A stretch of DNA of 64,000 bases from an uncultured Thermoleophilia bacterium. Lineage in GTDB: Bacteria; Actinomycetota; Thermoleophilia; UBA2241. Position numbers and translations under genes: made by a program. Shown here piece after piece: positions 33,128 through 43,700 of this stretch (position 1 is the stretch's first letter; every line of letters begins with the position of its first letter). Where the stretch lies: the NCBI GenBank assembly GCA_963702475.1, contig CAVPCT010000002.1:160001-224000 (forward strand). The letters run 5' to 3'. The notes below the pieces were generated by a model. The model saw nothing but the letters and a program-made list of their open reading frames with translations. It was not told where the DNA came from and ran no database searches.

Positions 33128-34077
33128 CGGCGGCGGGCTACACGCGGTACACGCTGCGGCTCCCCCGGGCGGCGGCGGCGACCGCCGTGACGCCCGTCCC
33201 CGAGCCACAGCACGATGACTGGTCCGGGTCGGCGGCGTTCGTCGTGAGCGCCGACCCGGTCGACTACGCGCACCCCGACGCCGTGGCGCTGGTCGGGGGG
33301 CTGCAGCCGGCCGGGTGGCAGGAGGAGGACGGCGGCGACACGCTGGTGTTCTGGCTCGAGACCGCGACCGGTGCCGACCAGCGGACGCGCGAGATCCTGA
33401 GGCGGCTCGGCCGCCTCGGCGAGCTGACTGCCGCGCCGCAAGAGTCCGGCTGGGAGACCGCGTGGAGGGAGTTCCATCGGCCGCAGATCGTCGGGCGGCT
33501 CTTCGTGCGCCCGCCGTGGTACGAGGCGCGCGCCGGTCTGCTCGATCTGGTGATCGACGCCGGGCAGGCCTTCGGCACAGGCGGCCACACCACCACGCGC
33601 CAGTGTCTGGAGGAGGTCCAGACGCTCGTGCCGGGCTCGCTGCTCGACATCGGCTGTGGGTCCGGTGTCGTCTCGCTGGCGGCGTTGCGGCTCGGGTTCG
33701 CACCGGTGTGGGGGGTGGACGTCGATGCGGCCGCGGTCCGGGGGGCGTGGGAGAACGCCGGCCGGAACGGGCTGAGCCCGGCCCTCTGGGTGGGAGACGC
33801 CACGGAAGCGGCGTGCGAGCTGCCCCAGGCCGATGTCGTCGTGGCCAACATCGCGCTGGGGCCGATCCTGTCGCTGGCGCCGCGGTTCGCCGTCGGCGGG
33901 GCCGACGAACCCGGCGCGGGGGAGGGCGCACGGTCGTTGCGGCCGGCGCATCTGCTGCTCGCCGGGCTGCTGATGGCGCAGGTTGACGAGGCCGCAGCCG
34001 CCTTCCCGGCGTACCGTGAGGTCGCGCGCCGCGACGACGGCGAATGGGCGCTCGTGCACCTGGCGAGGGCCGGATGA
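33124..34077 (+). CDS. prmA: Ribosomal protein L11 methyltransferase
   Basis: W...W, PPW, AFGTGGHTTT, LDIGCGSG, VANI; follows dnaJ. Confidence 0.88.
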   Translation: MTAAGYTRYTLRLPRAAAATAVTPVPEPQHDDWSGSAAFVVSADPVDYAHPDAVALVGGLQPAGWQEEDGGDTLVFWLETATGADQRTREILRRLGRLGELTAAPQESGWETAWREFHRPQIVGRLFVRPPWYEARAGLLDLVIDAGQAFGTGGHTTTRQCLEEVQTLVPGSLLDIGCGSGVVSLAALRLGFAPVWGVDVDAAAVRGAWENAGRNGLSPALWVGDATEAACELPQADVVVANIALGPILSLAPRFAVGGADEPGAGEGARSLRPAHLLLAGLLMAQVDEAAAAFPAYREVARRDDGEWALVHLARAG

Positions 34078-35381
34078 CGAGAGTGCGCGCGGCCTTCGTC
34101 GGCTGCAAGATCAGTCAGGCCGACGGCGAGGAGGCCCTGGCCGGGCTGGAGGCGGCCGGGGTGGAGACGACGATCGCTGCCGCCGGCGCCGACGTCGTCG
34201 TGGTCCACACCTGCTGCGTGACGGCCGAGGCCGAGCGCAAGTCGCGGCGCCTCGCGAGGCGCCTCGCCGCGTCCGGCAGTACGGTGCTGGTCGCCGGCTG
34301 CGCGGCCGTGCTGCATCCGGAGCAGTTCGGCGGAGACGGCATGGAGGTCGTCGGGCGGCCGGACTGGACCGAGGTCGGGCGCAGGCTGGTCGCCGGCGGC
34401 GACGAAGCGGCCGGCGGCTCCGAAACGCTTGCGGGGCGGGGGGACGGTCCGGCGCGTGAGCCCCGCGCGGCGCTTGACGAAGCCGATCCGCGCGAGGATG
34501 CGGCGCCGCGCGCAACCGCGGGCGCACGCACCCGCCACGTGCTCAAGGTGCAGGACGGGTGCGCCGGCGTGTGCAGCTACTGTGTGGTGCGCCTGGTGCG
34601 CGGGCGGCCGCGGAGCGTGCCGCTGGCGGCCGCCCTGGACGCGGCCCGAGCCGCGCTCGACGAGGGGTGCGGCGAGGTCGTGCTGAGTGGCGTTGACCTG
34701 GGCGCCTGGGCCGACGGAGGCAGGCGCCTGCCGGACCTGGTGATCGCGCTGGCCGAACTGCCCGGGCTCACGCGCCTGCGCCTCTCGTCGCTCGAGCCGC
34801 ACCACCTGGACGAGCGGCTCCTGGACGCGCTCGCGCACCCGCGCGTGGCCCGTCACCTGCACGTGCCGCTGCAGTCGGCCGACGACGGTGTGCTCCGCGC
34901 CATGCGGCGGCCGTACACGTTCGCGGCGTACGAGCACGTCGTGAGTCTTGTGCGGGCGCGAGTGGGCGCCTGTATGCTCAGCACCGACGTGATCGCGGGG
35001 TTCCCCGGCGAGGACGACGACGCGTTCGCGCGCACGCTGGCGGCGCTCGACAGCGGGCTCTTCGGACGCGTGCACGTGTTCGGCTTCTCGGCGCGGCCGG
35101 GGACGGCGGCAGCGGAGCTGCCGCCCCTGCCGGCCGCGCTGGTCAAGGAGCGCACCGGGCGCGCGCTGGCGGCCGCCGGGGCGGCCGCCCGGGCCGCGCG
35201 CCTGGCGGCCCTCGGCAGGCCCGCCGAGGTGCTCGTGGAGGAACGCCGCAGGGGCCTCTGGAGGGGGTACAGTTCGGAGTACGTCCGGTACCACCTGGAG
35301 GGCGAGGCGGCGCCCGGCGCGCTGGTCGCGGCCGTCGCCACGGGGGAGTACGAGGACGGAGTGAAAGGACGCATCACATGA
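34074..35381 (+). CDS. mtaB: tRNA methylthiotransferase, MtaB-like (MiaB/RimO family)
   Basis: GCK, TCCVT..AE and AGC (UPF0004 cysteines); LKVQDGCAGVCSYC; HLHVPLQS; GFPGE; HVF.FSARPGT. Confidence 0.85.
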   Translation: MTRVRAAFVGCKISQADGEEALAGLEAAGVETTIAAAGADVVVVHTCCVTAEAERKSRRLARRLAASGSTVLVAGCAAVLHPEQFGGDGMEVVGRPDWTEVGRRLVAGGDEAAGGSETLAGRGDGPAREPRAALDEADPREDAAPRATAGARTRHVLKVQDGCAGVCSYCVVRLVRGRPRSVPLAAALDAARAALDEGCGEVVLSGVDLGAWADGGRRLPDLVIALAELPGLTRLRLSSLEPHHLDERLLDALAHPRVARHLHVPLQSADDGVLRAMRRPYTFAAYEHVVSLVRARVGACMLSTDVIAGFPGEDDDAFARTLAALDSGLFGRVHVFGFSARPGTAAAELPPLPAALVKERTGRALAAAGAAARAARLAALGRPAEVLVEERRRGLWRGYSSEYVRYHLEGEAAPGALVAAVATGEYEDGVKGRIT

Positions 35382-36856
35382 GAGAGCTCGGCGTGATCGA
35401 GCAGCGCATCAAGGACGAGTCCACCGCGGCGCTCAAGGCCGGCGACAAGAAGCGCCGCGACGCCTTGTCGGCGATCGTCGCGGCGCTGAAGAAGGAGCGT
35501 ATCGACAGCCGCAAGGAGCCCACCGAGGCCGACGAGCTCACCGTGCTCAAGCGCGAGAAGAAGCGCCGCGCCGAGGCCCTCGAAGTCTACGAGGGCGCGG
35601 GGCGCGCCGACCTCGCCGAGCAGGAGCGCTACGAGATGCAGGTGCTCGCCGACTTCATGCCGGAGGAGCTCGGCGACGCGGAGCTCGAAGCGCTGGTGGA
35701 TGAGGGCATCGCCGCCGTGCAGGCGGTCACGCCCAAGGACATGGGCAAGGTCATGGGCTGGCTGAAGCCCAAGGTGGCCGGCCGCGCCGACGGCAAGAAG
35801 CTCAGCGACCTCGTGCGCGAGAAGCTGGGGGGTGAGGCGGTGCCCGAGCCCGTCCGCACCGTCATCGACCTCGACAGCAACAGCGTCGCGCAGGCCCTCG
35901 CCGGCGAGCACGACGCCCACCTCAAGATCCTCGAGCACCGCCTTGACTGCCGCATCACGATGCGCGGCAACGTCCTCATCCTCGAAGGGTCGGACGACGC
36001 GGTGACGCAGGCGCGGGCGGCCCTCGAGGAGCTGCTCACGGTGATCGGCTCCGGGCGTCCGGTGAACGCCGCCATGGTCGAGTCGCTCATGGACATCGCT
36101 GTGAACGCCTCCGGCAAGCCGTCGGAGGTGTACGGCGACGTGGTGTGGACCCACCGCGGACGCCAGATCGGCCCTCGGACCGTCAATCAGAAGCGTTACG
36201 TGGACGCCATCCGCCGCAGCACCATCACGTTCGGCATCGGCCCCGCGGGCACGGGCAAGACCTACCTTGCCACGGCCATGGCCGTGAGCGCCTTCTTCAC
36301 CAAGCAGGTCGGGCGCATCATCCTCACGCGCCCGGCGGTGGAGGCGGGGGAGAGCCTGGGCTTCCTGCCCGGCACCATATCGGAGAAGGTGGATCCTTAC
36401 TTCCGGCCGTTGTTCGACGCGCTGTACGACATGATCGACGTCGAGAAGCTGGCGCAGCTCATCGAGAAGGGCGAGATCGAGGTGGCGCCGCTGGCGTTCA
36501 TGCGCGGCCGCACTCTCAACGACTCGTTCATCATCCTCGACGAGGCCCAGAACACCTCGCCCGAGCAGATGAAGATGTTCCTCACGCGGCTCGGGTTCGG
36601 CTCCAAGATGGTCGTCACCGGCGATGTCACACAGATCGACCTGCCACAGGACCGGACCTCCGGGCTCGTCACCGTGCCGGAGGTCCTCACCGACATCGAG
36701 GACATCGCCATCACGCGCTTCGACGGGCACGACGTGGTGCGCCACAAGCTGGTGCAGCGCATCGTGAACGCGTACCGCGAGCACGACGACCTCGCGGCGG
36801 CGGCGCGGCCGTGGCCGCCGCGTCAGGAGCGGCCGTCGCAGGGGCAGCGCCGATGA
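35378..36856 (+). CDS. phoH: GatB/YqeY-domain protein read in frame into a PhoH-family ATPase (PhoH part starts about 35840)
   Basis: YqeY motifs ([23 protein letters not shown]), then PhoH motifs ([35 protein letters not shown]). No stop codon between them. Confidence 0.9.
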   Translation: MRELGVIEQRIKDESTAALKAGDKKRRDALSAIVAALKKERIDSRKEPTEADELTVLKREKKRRAEALEVYEGAGRADLAEQERYEMQVLADFMPEELGDAELEALVDEGIAAVQAVTPKDMGKVMGWLKPKVAGRADGKKLSDLVREKLGGEAVPEPVRTVIDLDSNSVAQALAGEHDAHLKILEHRLDCRITMRGNVLILEGSDDAVTQARAALEELLTVIGSGRPVNAAMVESLMDIAVNASGKPSEVYGDVVWTHRGRQIGPRTVNQKRYVDAIRRSTITFGIGPAGTGKTYLATAMAVSAFFTKQVGRIILTRPAVEAGESLGFLPGTISEKVDPYFRPLFDALYDMIDVEKLAQLIEKGEIEVAPLAFMRGRTLNDSFIILDEAQNTSPEQMKMFLTRLGFGSKMVVTGDVTQIDLPQDRTSGLVTVPEVLTDIEDIAITRFDGHDVVRHKLVQRIVNAYREHDDLAAAARPWPPRQERPSQGQRR

Positions 36857-37380
36857 ACCTGGTCGAGGTGTACAACGCCACGCGCGTGGCGATCGACGAA
36901 GGGGCCGTGGCGGGGCTCGTCGATCGCGTGCTCGTCGCCGAGGGCGTGCGCGACGCCGAGGTCGCCGTCGAGCTCGTCGGCGAACGCCGCATCCGCGCCC
37001 TCAATCGCGAGCATCGCGGCAAGGACCAGGTCACAGACGTGCTCTCCTTCCCGCTTGAGGACTTCGACGACGGGCCGGAGGAGTGGGAGGCGGACGGTGG
37101 CGCGGACGGGCCGGACGACGACGCGGCGGGCGCGGACGGCGGCGAAGCCGCGCCTCCGCGCCTGCTCGGCGACGTGGTGATCTGCGTGCGCCAGGCGCTG
37201 CGCCAGGCGCGCGCAGACCGTCTGCCCGAGGCTCTCGAGCTCGCCGTGCTCCTCGCGCACGGCACGCTCCACCTGCTCGGGCACGACCACGAGACGGACG
37301 CCGGCCAGATGGCCCTGCGCCAGGCCGAGGTCCTGGAGCTCGTCTCCTGGGAGGGCCTGCTTGTCACGCCGTCGCGGTAA
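36853..37380 (+). CDS. ybeY: rRNA maturation endoribonuclease YbeY
   Basis: LN...RGKD..TDVLSFP, LGDVVI, HGTLHLLGHDH; ATGA overlap with phoH. Confidence 0.93.
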   Translation: MNLVEVYNATRVAIDEGAVAGLVDRVLVAEGVRDAEVAVELVGERRIRALNREHRGKDQVTDVLSFPLEDFDDGPEEWEADGGADGPDDDAAGADGGEAAPPRLLGDVVICVRQALRQARADRLPEALELAVLLAHGTLHLLGHDHETDAGQMALRQAEVLELVSWEGLLVTPSR

Positions 37381-38083
37381 CCTCCTCAGCAGCTTCAACT
37401 ACGCCTTCGACGGCGTCGTCCACGCGCTCCGCCACGAGCGCAACATGTGGGTCCACTTCGTCATCGCGGGTCTCGTGCTCGTGGCCGCGCTCTTCTTCGC
37501 GCTCACGCGGCTCGAGGTCATCGCCCTGCTCGTGGCTATCTCCTTCGTGCTCATCGCGGAGATGTTCAACACCGCCGTCGAGCACGTGGTCGATCTCATC
37601 ACCGACGAGGACGACCCGCGCGCCAAGATCGCCAAGGACGTGGCCGCCGGCGCCGTGCTCATCGCCGCCGTCAACGCCATCGCGGTCGCCTACCTCGTCT
37701 TCTACGACAAGATCACCTACGTGCCGTACACACTGATCAGCCGGCTGCGGACGTCGCCCATCGACGTGACCGTGCTGGCCCTGGTGATCGTGATCCTCGT
37801 GGCCGTGGCGGTGAAGGCGAAGACGCGCCGGGGGACGGCCTTTCACGGCGGGATGCCGTCGGTGCACTCCGCGGTGGCGTTCGCCGCGTGGGTGGCTGTG
37901 ACCATCGTCGCCACCGACACCCCGTGGGCGCTGCCCATCTCAGCCATCACGCTGCTGCTGGCCGCGCTCGTCTCGCAGAGCCGCATGCAGGCTCGCATCC
38001 ACACGCTGCCGGAGGTGGCGGTCGGTGCCGCGCTGGGCATCGCCGTCACTCTCGTCCTCTTCCGGATCTGGTACCCGCTGTGA
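37361..38083 (+). CDS. dgkA: Diacylglycerol/undecaprenol kinase (DgkA) fused to a PAP2-like domain
   Basis: SF.YA..G, ERN, EMFNTAVE..VD, AKDVAAGAV; then GGMPSVHSA and SR...IH...V..GA. Confidence 0.88.
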   Translation: MSRRRGNLLSSFNYAFDGVVHALRHERNMWVHFVIAGLVLVAALFFALTRLEVIALLVAISFVLIAEMFNTAVEHVVDLITDEDDPRAKIAKDVAAGAVLIAAVNAIAVAYLVFYDKITYVPYTLISRLRTSPIDVTVLALVIVILVAVAVKAKTRRGTAFHGGMPSVHSAVAFAAWVAVTIVATDTPWALPISAITLLLAALVSQSRMQARIHTLPEVAVGAALGIAVTLVLFRIWYPL

Positions 38084-38565
38084 AGCCCCGGCTCGTCGGC
38101 AGGGATCCCGATGCGGAAGAGCTGCGGCTCTTCAGCGAGGCCGAGCGGGCGGCGGAGCGCGCCTACGCGCCGTACTCCGGCTACGCCGTCGGCGCGTCGC
38201 TCGTGGCCGAGTCCGGCCGCGTGCACCTGGGAGTCAACATCGAGAACGCCGCCTACCCGGCCGGGCTGTGTGCGGAGAGAGCGGCGCTGGCGGCCGCCGT
38301 CACGGCCGGGGAGCGCCGCCTGCGCACCGTCGCCGTGGCGGCCGGGTCCGGGGCCGAGTGCCTGCCGTGCGGATCGTGTCTGCAGGCGCTCGCGGAGTTC
38401 GGCGACCCCGACGTGGTGGCGCGCGCCGACGGAGCGGTGCGCGCCTTCCGGCTGAGCGACCTGCTCACGGCGCCCTTCGCCGCCGGCGGGGCTGACTGGC
38501 GGGGCGCGCGGCCGGGAACGTCTGTGCAAGGAGGGCATCAGGCGACCGAGGAGGACGGCGCATGA
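38080..38565 (+). CDS. cdd: Cytidine deaminase
   Basis: AYAPYS..VGA, G.NIENA, CAER, PCGSCLQ; GTGA overlap with dgkA. Confidence 0.92.
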   Translation: MKPRLVGRDPDAEELRLFSEAERAAERAYAPYSGYAVGASLVAESGRVHLGVNIENAAYPAGLCAERAALAAAVTAGERRLRTVAVAAGSGAECLPCGSCLQALAEFGDPDVVARADGAVRAFRLSDLLTAPFAAGGADWRGARPGTSVQGGHQATEEDGA

Positions 38566-39449
38566 GCGAGCACCACCGGTCCGGCTTCGTGGCCGTGTTC
38601 GGCCGTCCCAATGTCGGCAAATCGACGCTGGTGAACGCGCTGGTGGGGCGCAAGGTGAGCATCGTCAGCGACCATCCGCAGACGACGCGCCGCCGCATCA
38701 CCGGCGTCGTCAATCTGGAAGATTGCCAGGTCGTGCTGCTCGATCTGCCGGGCTTCCAGAAGCCGTTCGACACGCTCACGCGTCGCATGCAGTCCGCCGT
38801 GGACGACGCGCTTTCCGAGGTCGACGCCGCCCTTGTGGTGCTGAACGCCGGCGAGACTCTCGGCCCGGGCGACCGGTACGTGGTGCGCGCCGTCGCCGGA
38901 GCCGACCTGCCGGCCTTCGTGGCCCTCAACAAGATCGACCTCGTGGACGGTCCCCGGCTGGCGGCGCGCCTCGAGGAGGCGCGTGGACTGGCCGGTGAGC
39001 GCGAGGTGCTGCCTGTGTCAGCGCTGCGCGGCGACGGGCTCGGCGAGCTCCTCGCCGAGATCGCCGCGGCCATGCCGCCCGGCCCCGAGTACTTTCCGGC
39101 CGGGCAGCACAGCGACCAGCCGCTGGAGCTGCTCGTGGCCGAGCTCGTCCGCGAGCAGGCCCTGCGGCGCACCCGCGACGAGGTGCCGCACGCCGTGGCT
39201 GTCGAGGTCGCCGACCTGGCCGAGCGCACCGACCGGCCGCTCGTGGAGATCGAGGCGTACCTCATCGTCGAGACCGAATCGCAGAAGGCGATCGTGGTGG
39301 GCAAGGGCGGCCGTGTGGTCAAGGCCGTCGGCACGGCCGCCCGCCACGAGATCGAGTCGGTGCTCGGCGTGCACGTCTTCCTCGACCTGCGCGTCAAGGT
39401 GCGCAAGCGCTGGCGCCGCGACGAGCGCTACATCGAGCGCCTGCTGTGA
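38562..39449 (+). CDS. era: GTPase Era
   Basis: GRPNVGKST, PQTTR, DLPG, NKID, EVPH and KH domain VGKGG. Confidence 0.96.
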   Translation: MSEHHRSGFVAVFGRPNVGKSTLVNALVGRKVSIVSDHPQTTRRRITGVVNLEDCQVVLLDLPGFQKPFDTLTRRMQSAVDDALSEVDAALVVLNAGETLGPGDRYVVRAVAGADLPAFVALNKIDLVDGPRLAARLEEARGLAGEREVLPVSALRGDGLGELLAEIAAAMPPGPEYFPAGQHSDQPLELLVAELVREQALRRTRDEVPHAVAVEVADLAERTDRPLVEIEAYLIVETESQKAIVVGKGGRVVKAVGTAARHEIESVLGVHVFLDLRVKVRKRWRRDERYIERLL

Positions 39450-39452
39450 GGT

Positions 39453-39461
39453 TGGTATACT
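39453..39461 (+). promoter_or_regulatory. Putative extended -10 promoter of deoC
   Basis: TGGTATACT in the era-deoC gap. Confidence 0.5.
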
Positions 39462-39516
39462 CGGGGTGGGCTGAGGGAGCCCGCTTTCGTCTTCATCCGG
39501 GGGGAGGGCCAGCGGC

Positions 39517-40203
39517 GTGCACGCCGAGGAGCTTGCCAAGACCATCGATCACACGCTGCTGAAGGCCGACACCACCAACCCCGACGTCGAACGCCTCTGC
39601 CGCGAGGCCGCCAAGTACCACTTCGCGACGGTCTGTGTCTTCCCGCACTTCGTGCCACTGGCGGCCGACCTGCTGCGGACGGCCGACGTCAAGGTGTGTT
39701 CCGTCATCTCGTTCCCCTTCGGGGCCGACTCTCTCAGGGCCAAGGTGGTGAGCGCCGAAGACGCGGTCTTCCGCGGCGCCGATGAGATCGACGTGGTCAT
39801 CAACGTCCCCGCGTTCCTCTCCGGCGACTTCGGCCACGTGCGCAACGAGCTGGCCAGCGTTGTCCGCGCGGTCCGTCTCAAGGCGATGAACTCGGGCCGC
39901 GGCCAGGTCGTGGTCAAGGCCATCATCGAGACGTGCTTCCTCACCATCAAGATGAAGCGCATGGCCTGCAAGATCTGCGAGGCGGCCGGGGTGGATTTCG
40001 TGAAGACCTCCACGGGCCTGGGGCCGGCGGGCGCAACCGTGCGCGACGTCGAGATCCTGCGCGACTCACTGGACGAGCACATCGGCGTGAAGGCCTCGGG
40101 CGGCATCCGCACGCTGCGCGACGTCGAGCTCATGGTGAACGCCGGGGCGGTGCGCATCGGCACCAGCGCCGGCGTCGCCATCATGAAGGACTTCCTGGGC
40201 TGA
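39517..40203 (+). CDS. deoC: Deoxyribose-phosphate aldolase
   Basis: [39 protein letters not shown]. Confidence 0.95.
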   Translation: MHAEELAKTIDHTLLKADTTNPDVERLCREAAKYHFATVCVFPHFVPLAADLLRTADVKVCSVISFPFGADSLRAKVVSAEDAVFRGADEIDVVINVPAFLSGDFGHVRNELASVVRAVRLKAMNSGRGQVVVKAIIETCFLTIKMKRMACKICEAAGVDFVKTSTGLGPAGATVRDVEILRDSLDEHIGVKASGGIRTLRDVELMVNAGAVRIGTSAGVAIMKDFLG

Positions 40204-40235
40204 CACGGCCGCCGGCCTGCGTCACACTGCGACCC

Positions 40236-40601
40236 ATGGACGTCCAGACCTTCCTCTCACTCGTCTGCTACGACGACAAGGGCCTCGTGCCGTGCGTCGT
40301 GCAGGACTGCTCGAGCGGAGAGGTGCTGATGGTCGCGTACGCGGATGCGGAGGCGATGGCGAGGACCTTCGAGGTGGGCGAAGCGCACTTCTGGAGTCGC
40401 AGCCGGCAGGAGCTGTGGCACAAGGGCGCCACCAGCGGCAACGTGCTGCGCGTGGTGAGCGCGCGGCTCGACTGCGACCACGACGCCGTCCTGCTGGCTG
40501 TGGAGCCCGCCGGGCCGGCCTGCCATACCGGGGCCGTCAGCTGCTTTCGCCACGAGGCCTGCGACGGCGCCGCGATAGAGGTGCGGGCGGAGCGCCGATG
40601 A
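40236..40601 (+). CDS. hisI: Phosphoribosyl-AMP cyclohydrolase
   Basis: [39 protein letters not shown]. Confidence 0.93.
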   Translation: MDVQTFLSLVCYDDKGLVPCVVQDCSSGEVLMVAYADAEAMARTFEVGEAHFWSRSRQELWHKGATSGNVLRVVSARLDCDHDAVLLAVEPAGPACHTGAVSCFRHEACDGAAIEVRAERR

Positions 40602-42346
40602 GTCCCGCGCCGGGGGGCGCGGCTGAGTCGGTGCCGGTGCCGGCGTCCGCCGCGCCCGCGGAGCCGCCGGACAGGCGCGGGCGCACACTCACGCTCGTCC
40701 TGCTCGCGGCCGTCCTCGCCACCGCGGCCGCGCTACGCCTCAAGGGCCTCGACTGGGGTCTGCCGTACAGCCTCATCAACGTCGACGAGAGCACGGTGCT
40801 GCCCAAGGCGTTCGGCGCGGCCCGCGGAGGGCTGAACCCGCAGTTCTTCTACTACCCGTCGTTCTTCTTCTACGTGGTCGCCGCCGTGTTCCTGGCGGCC
40901 GCACCCGCGCTGTGGGTGGCGATGGGTGAGAACCCCCTCGCCGCGGCCTCGTTCGTCGTCGACCCGGCGCCGTACTTCCTGCTGGGGCGGCTGGTCTCGG
41001 CCGCCGCCGGCACGGCGTCGGTGTACCTGCTCTACCGGCTCGGCCGGGAGGCCTTCGGCCGCCCGGCCGGCCTCGTCGCGGCCCTGCTGCTGGCGGTCGC
41101 CCCGCTGCACGTCGCCTACTCGCACATGGCCGTCACCGACGTCACGGCGACGATGCTGTCGCTGCTCGCCCTGCTCCTGCTCCTGCAGGCGGCTCGGGGG
41201 GCCGGCAGCCGCAGGCTGATCGCCGGCGCCGTCGTCGCGGGCCTCGCCACGTCGACCAAGTACAACCTCGGCCTGCTCGTGCTGCCGGCGACGGTCGCGG
41301 CCGTGTACGCGTGCCGCGCCGAGGTGGCCGCGCTCCGCCCTCGGCTTCTTCGCCTGGTGACGCGCGGCCCGTCGGCGTCCCGCTCCGCCCCCGGCTCCTT
41401 CGCCTTCGGCCGCGCCGCCCTCGCCTGGGCGCGGCTGCTCGTGCGGCGCGTGTACGCGCCGATGCTCGTCGCCTTCGTCCTGGGGTCACCCTTCATCGTG
41501 CTCGACCCGGGCCACTTCCTGCACGACTTCCTGCGCCAGAACCGCATCATGGCGCGCGGCTGGCTAGGCTGGGAGAACGCCGGCAACGGGCTCTGGTACA
41601 ACCTGAACGTCAACTTCACGGGCGCTCTCGGGGTCGTCCTCCTCGGGCTGTGCCTCGCCGGGGTCGCGTGGGCTTTGTGGCGACACACCCTCCTGGACGT
41701 GCTGCTCGCCCCGTACGCCGTCGTCTACGTGTTGTACGTGAGCACCTGGAAGGAGCTGGCCGACCGCTACCTGCTCCCGGTGCTCCCCCTGCTCATCCTG
41801 CTGGGCGTGCGCCTGTGTCTCGACGCCGCCGTAGCACGGCCGGCCTGGCGACGCGTCACCGTGCCGGCCGTCGCCGTGCTGCTGGCGGTCGCCGCTGTCG
41901 CACCGCTGAGCGGCTCGCTCGCCTTTGACGCCGCCCTCTCCGGCCACGACACCCGCGCCGTCGCGACCGCCTGGATCGAGGAGAACCTGCCCGCGGGCAG
42001 CACCATCGCCACCGAGACCAGCGGGCCGCAACTGACGCGGCTCCGCGACCTGAAGCACTATGCGTCTGCGGGCGAGGAGGCGCCGGCGGCGTTCTCCGTG
42101 GTCCGCCTGCGACTGCCGGCGCCCGGGTCGGCGAACCGGACGCACGACCTGGACCGGGTGCGGGAGCGCGGCGCCGACTACGTCGTCGTCAGCTCCCTGG
42201 TGTACGACCGTGTGCTCGCCGCGGCGGAGCGGTACCCGTCGGTCGTGCGGTTCTACGAGGACCTGGACGAGCAGGCGACGCTCGTCAAGACGTTCGCGCC
42301 CGGGCCGGGAGAGCGCGGGCCCACCATCAAGGTGTACGAGCTCTGA
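40598..42346 (+). CDS. GT-C fold membrane glycosyltransferase (PMT/ArnT, GT39/GT83-like)
   Basis: LR..GL.WGLP...DE, F.YP, GR..SA, SH...TD, GLA..TKY, RYLLP; multiple TM helices. Confidence 0.85.
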   Translation: MSPAPGGAAESVPVPASAAPAEPPDRRGRTLTLVLLAAVLATAAALRLKGLDWGLPYSLINVDESTVLPKAFGAARGGLNPQFFYYPSFFFYVVAAVFLAAAPALWVAMGENPLAAASFVVDPAPYFLLGRLVSAAAGTASVYLLYRLGREAFGRPAGLVAALLLAVAPLHVAYSHMAVTDVTATMLSLLALLLLLQAARGAGSRRLIAGAVVAGLATSTKYNLGLLVLPATVAAVYACRAEVAALRPRLLRLVTRGPSASRSAPGSFAFGRAALAWARLLVRRVYAPMLVAFVLGSPFIVLDPGHFLHDFLRQNRIMARGWLGWENAGNGLWYNLNVNFTGALGVVLLGLCLAGVAWALWRHTLLDVLLAPYAVVYVLYVSTWKELADRYLLPVLPLLILLGVRLCLDAAVARPAWRRVTVPAVAVLLAVAAVAPLSGSLAFDAALSGHDTRAVATAWIEENLPAGSTIATETSGPQLTRLRDLKHYASAGEEAPAAFSVVRLRLPAPGSANRTHDLDRVRERGADYVVVSSLVYDRVLAAAERYPSVVRFYEDLDEQATLVKTFAPGPGERGPTIKVYEL

Positions 42347-42445
42347 GCGCCGGCCCGTCCCCGCCTGCGCCGGCGAAACCTGAGCGTGGCATCGGCCCAG
42401 TATCCTCCCGCCCGGTCGCCGGCGCCGCTCGACCAGCCGCCCCGG

Positions 42446-43522
42446 TCACCCCCGCGGCCTGACGCGTGTGCGCTCCATCTCGCAGGCCTCCTCGGCCGCC
42501 TCCTCGATCTCGCCCTCCTGGATCGGCGCCCGCCCGGGGCGCACCAGGAAGTAGGCGATGAAGCCGGGCGGGATGGGCAGCCAGAAGTTGATCAGACGGT
42601 AGGTGAGGACCACGGCCACGGCGGTCGCCGACGGCACGCCAAAGCTCACGTACAGGGCGATCATGATGCCTTCGACCGCGCCCAGGCCACCCGGCGTGGG
42701 CGCCAGTGTGCCGATGGCGTAGGCGACCACGTAGCCGACGGCGAGGTAGCCGAACCCCATCCTGTAACCGAAGGCGAAGAACGTGGCCCACAGACACAGC
42801 AGGTCCAGCGCCCAGAACACGCAGGCCAGGCCGGTCGTCGTCCTGAGCGCGCCGCGGTGTGACGTCATGCGGCGCATGCCGGCGAAGAGATTGTCCAGCC
42901 AGCCGTCGATGTGGTCCTCCTGGATGGTCTCCCGGCGGGTGACGCGGTTGATGAGGTGCGCCACCTGCTGGGCCCGGCGCCGCATGCGCGAGCGGTGGTG
43001 GTACAGGTACACGCCGTAGCTGGTGAGCCAGAGGATCAGGCCGATGAGGATGATGCCCACCACGTACCCCGCGATCGACTCGCCGCGCACGATCACCAGC
43101 CACAGCAGGGCGAGGGCGAACACGAACCACAGGACCACGTAGTTGAAGAATTGCTGCGCGGCGATGGCCACGAAGATGAGGCCGTGCGGCGCCCGGCGCT
43201 TACGCAGGGCGTTGTACGTCACCACCCAGCCACCCACGCCGCCGGCCGACAGGATGTGGCTCACCGCCAGGCTGCTGAGCGTGATGGCGGCGACCTCCCG
43301 CAGGCGCAGCTCGATGTCGAGCACCTTGAGGATGAAGCGCGTCAGGTTCGCGTAGCCGAGCAGTGCGCCCACCTGGAGGGCGATGGCGAGTGCCAGCAGC
43401 GCCCAGCTCGCGTTGGTGAGCATCGCGATCGTGCTCTCGGTGTCCACCAGCCTCGGGAGCAGCAGGTAGAGCGCGAGGACGATGACGGCGAAGACGAGGA
43501 TGTGGCGGAGCGTCTTCTTGAT
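42446..43522 (-). CDS. Lysylphosphatidylglycerol synthase TM-region (UPF0104, flippase-like) protein; apparent ATC start
   Basis: PTPGGLGAVE...YRLINFWLP family motif. The frame extends past the track start (43447) through a TM helix to ATC 43522, which has GGGGGAGG 6 nt upstream. Confidence 0.82.
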   Translation of the reverse strand: MKKTLRHILVFAVIVLALYLLLPRLVDTESTIAMLTNASWALLALAIALQVGALLGYANLTRFILKVLDIELRLREVAAITLSSLAVSHILSAGGVGGWVVTYNALRKRRAPHGLIFVAIAAQQFFNYVVLWFVFALALLWLVIVRGESIAGYVVGIILIGLILWLTSYGVYLYHHRSRMRRRAQQVAHLINRVTRRETIQEDHIDGWLDNLFAGMRRMTSHRGALRTTTGLACVFWALDLLCLWATFFAFGYRMGFGYLAVGYVVAYAIGTLAPTPGGLGAVEGIMIALYVSFGVPSATAVAVVLTYRLINFWLPIPPGFIAYFLVRPGRAPIQEGEIEEAAEEACEMERTRVRPRG

Positions 43523-43700
43523 CGGCGGCCTCCCCCAGCCGCGGGCCTGCGGACGATGGCTGACAGTACCACACCGGCTGCGGCGCCCCTGCGGTGGCGG
43601 TCCGCATCAGGAAGCGCCGGTGCGCCGCTGACGCCGCGCCTCCGCCGCTCAGTAGCCGGTGCCGCTTCGCCGCACCGCCAGCTGAGTCCTCTTCCGCCGC

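Noticed and set aside
31956-34074. Absence of grpE/dnaK and rsmE from the hrcA-dnaJ-prmA-mtaB run
   Set aside because: Direct hrcA-dnaJ linkage is normal in Actinomycetota and the missing genes may lie elsewhere; this cannot be judged from one window.
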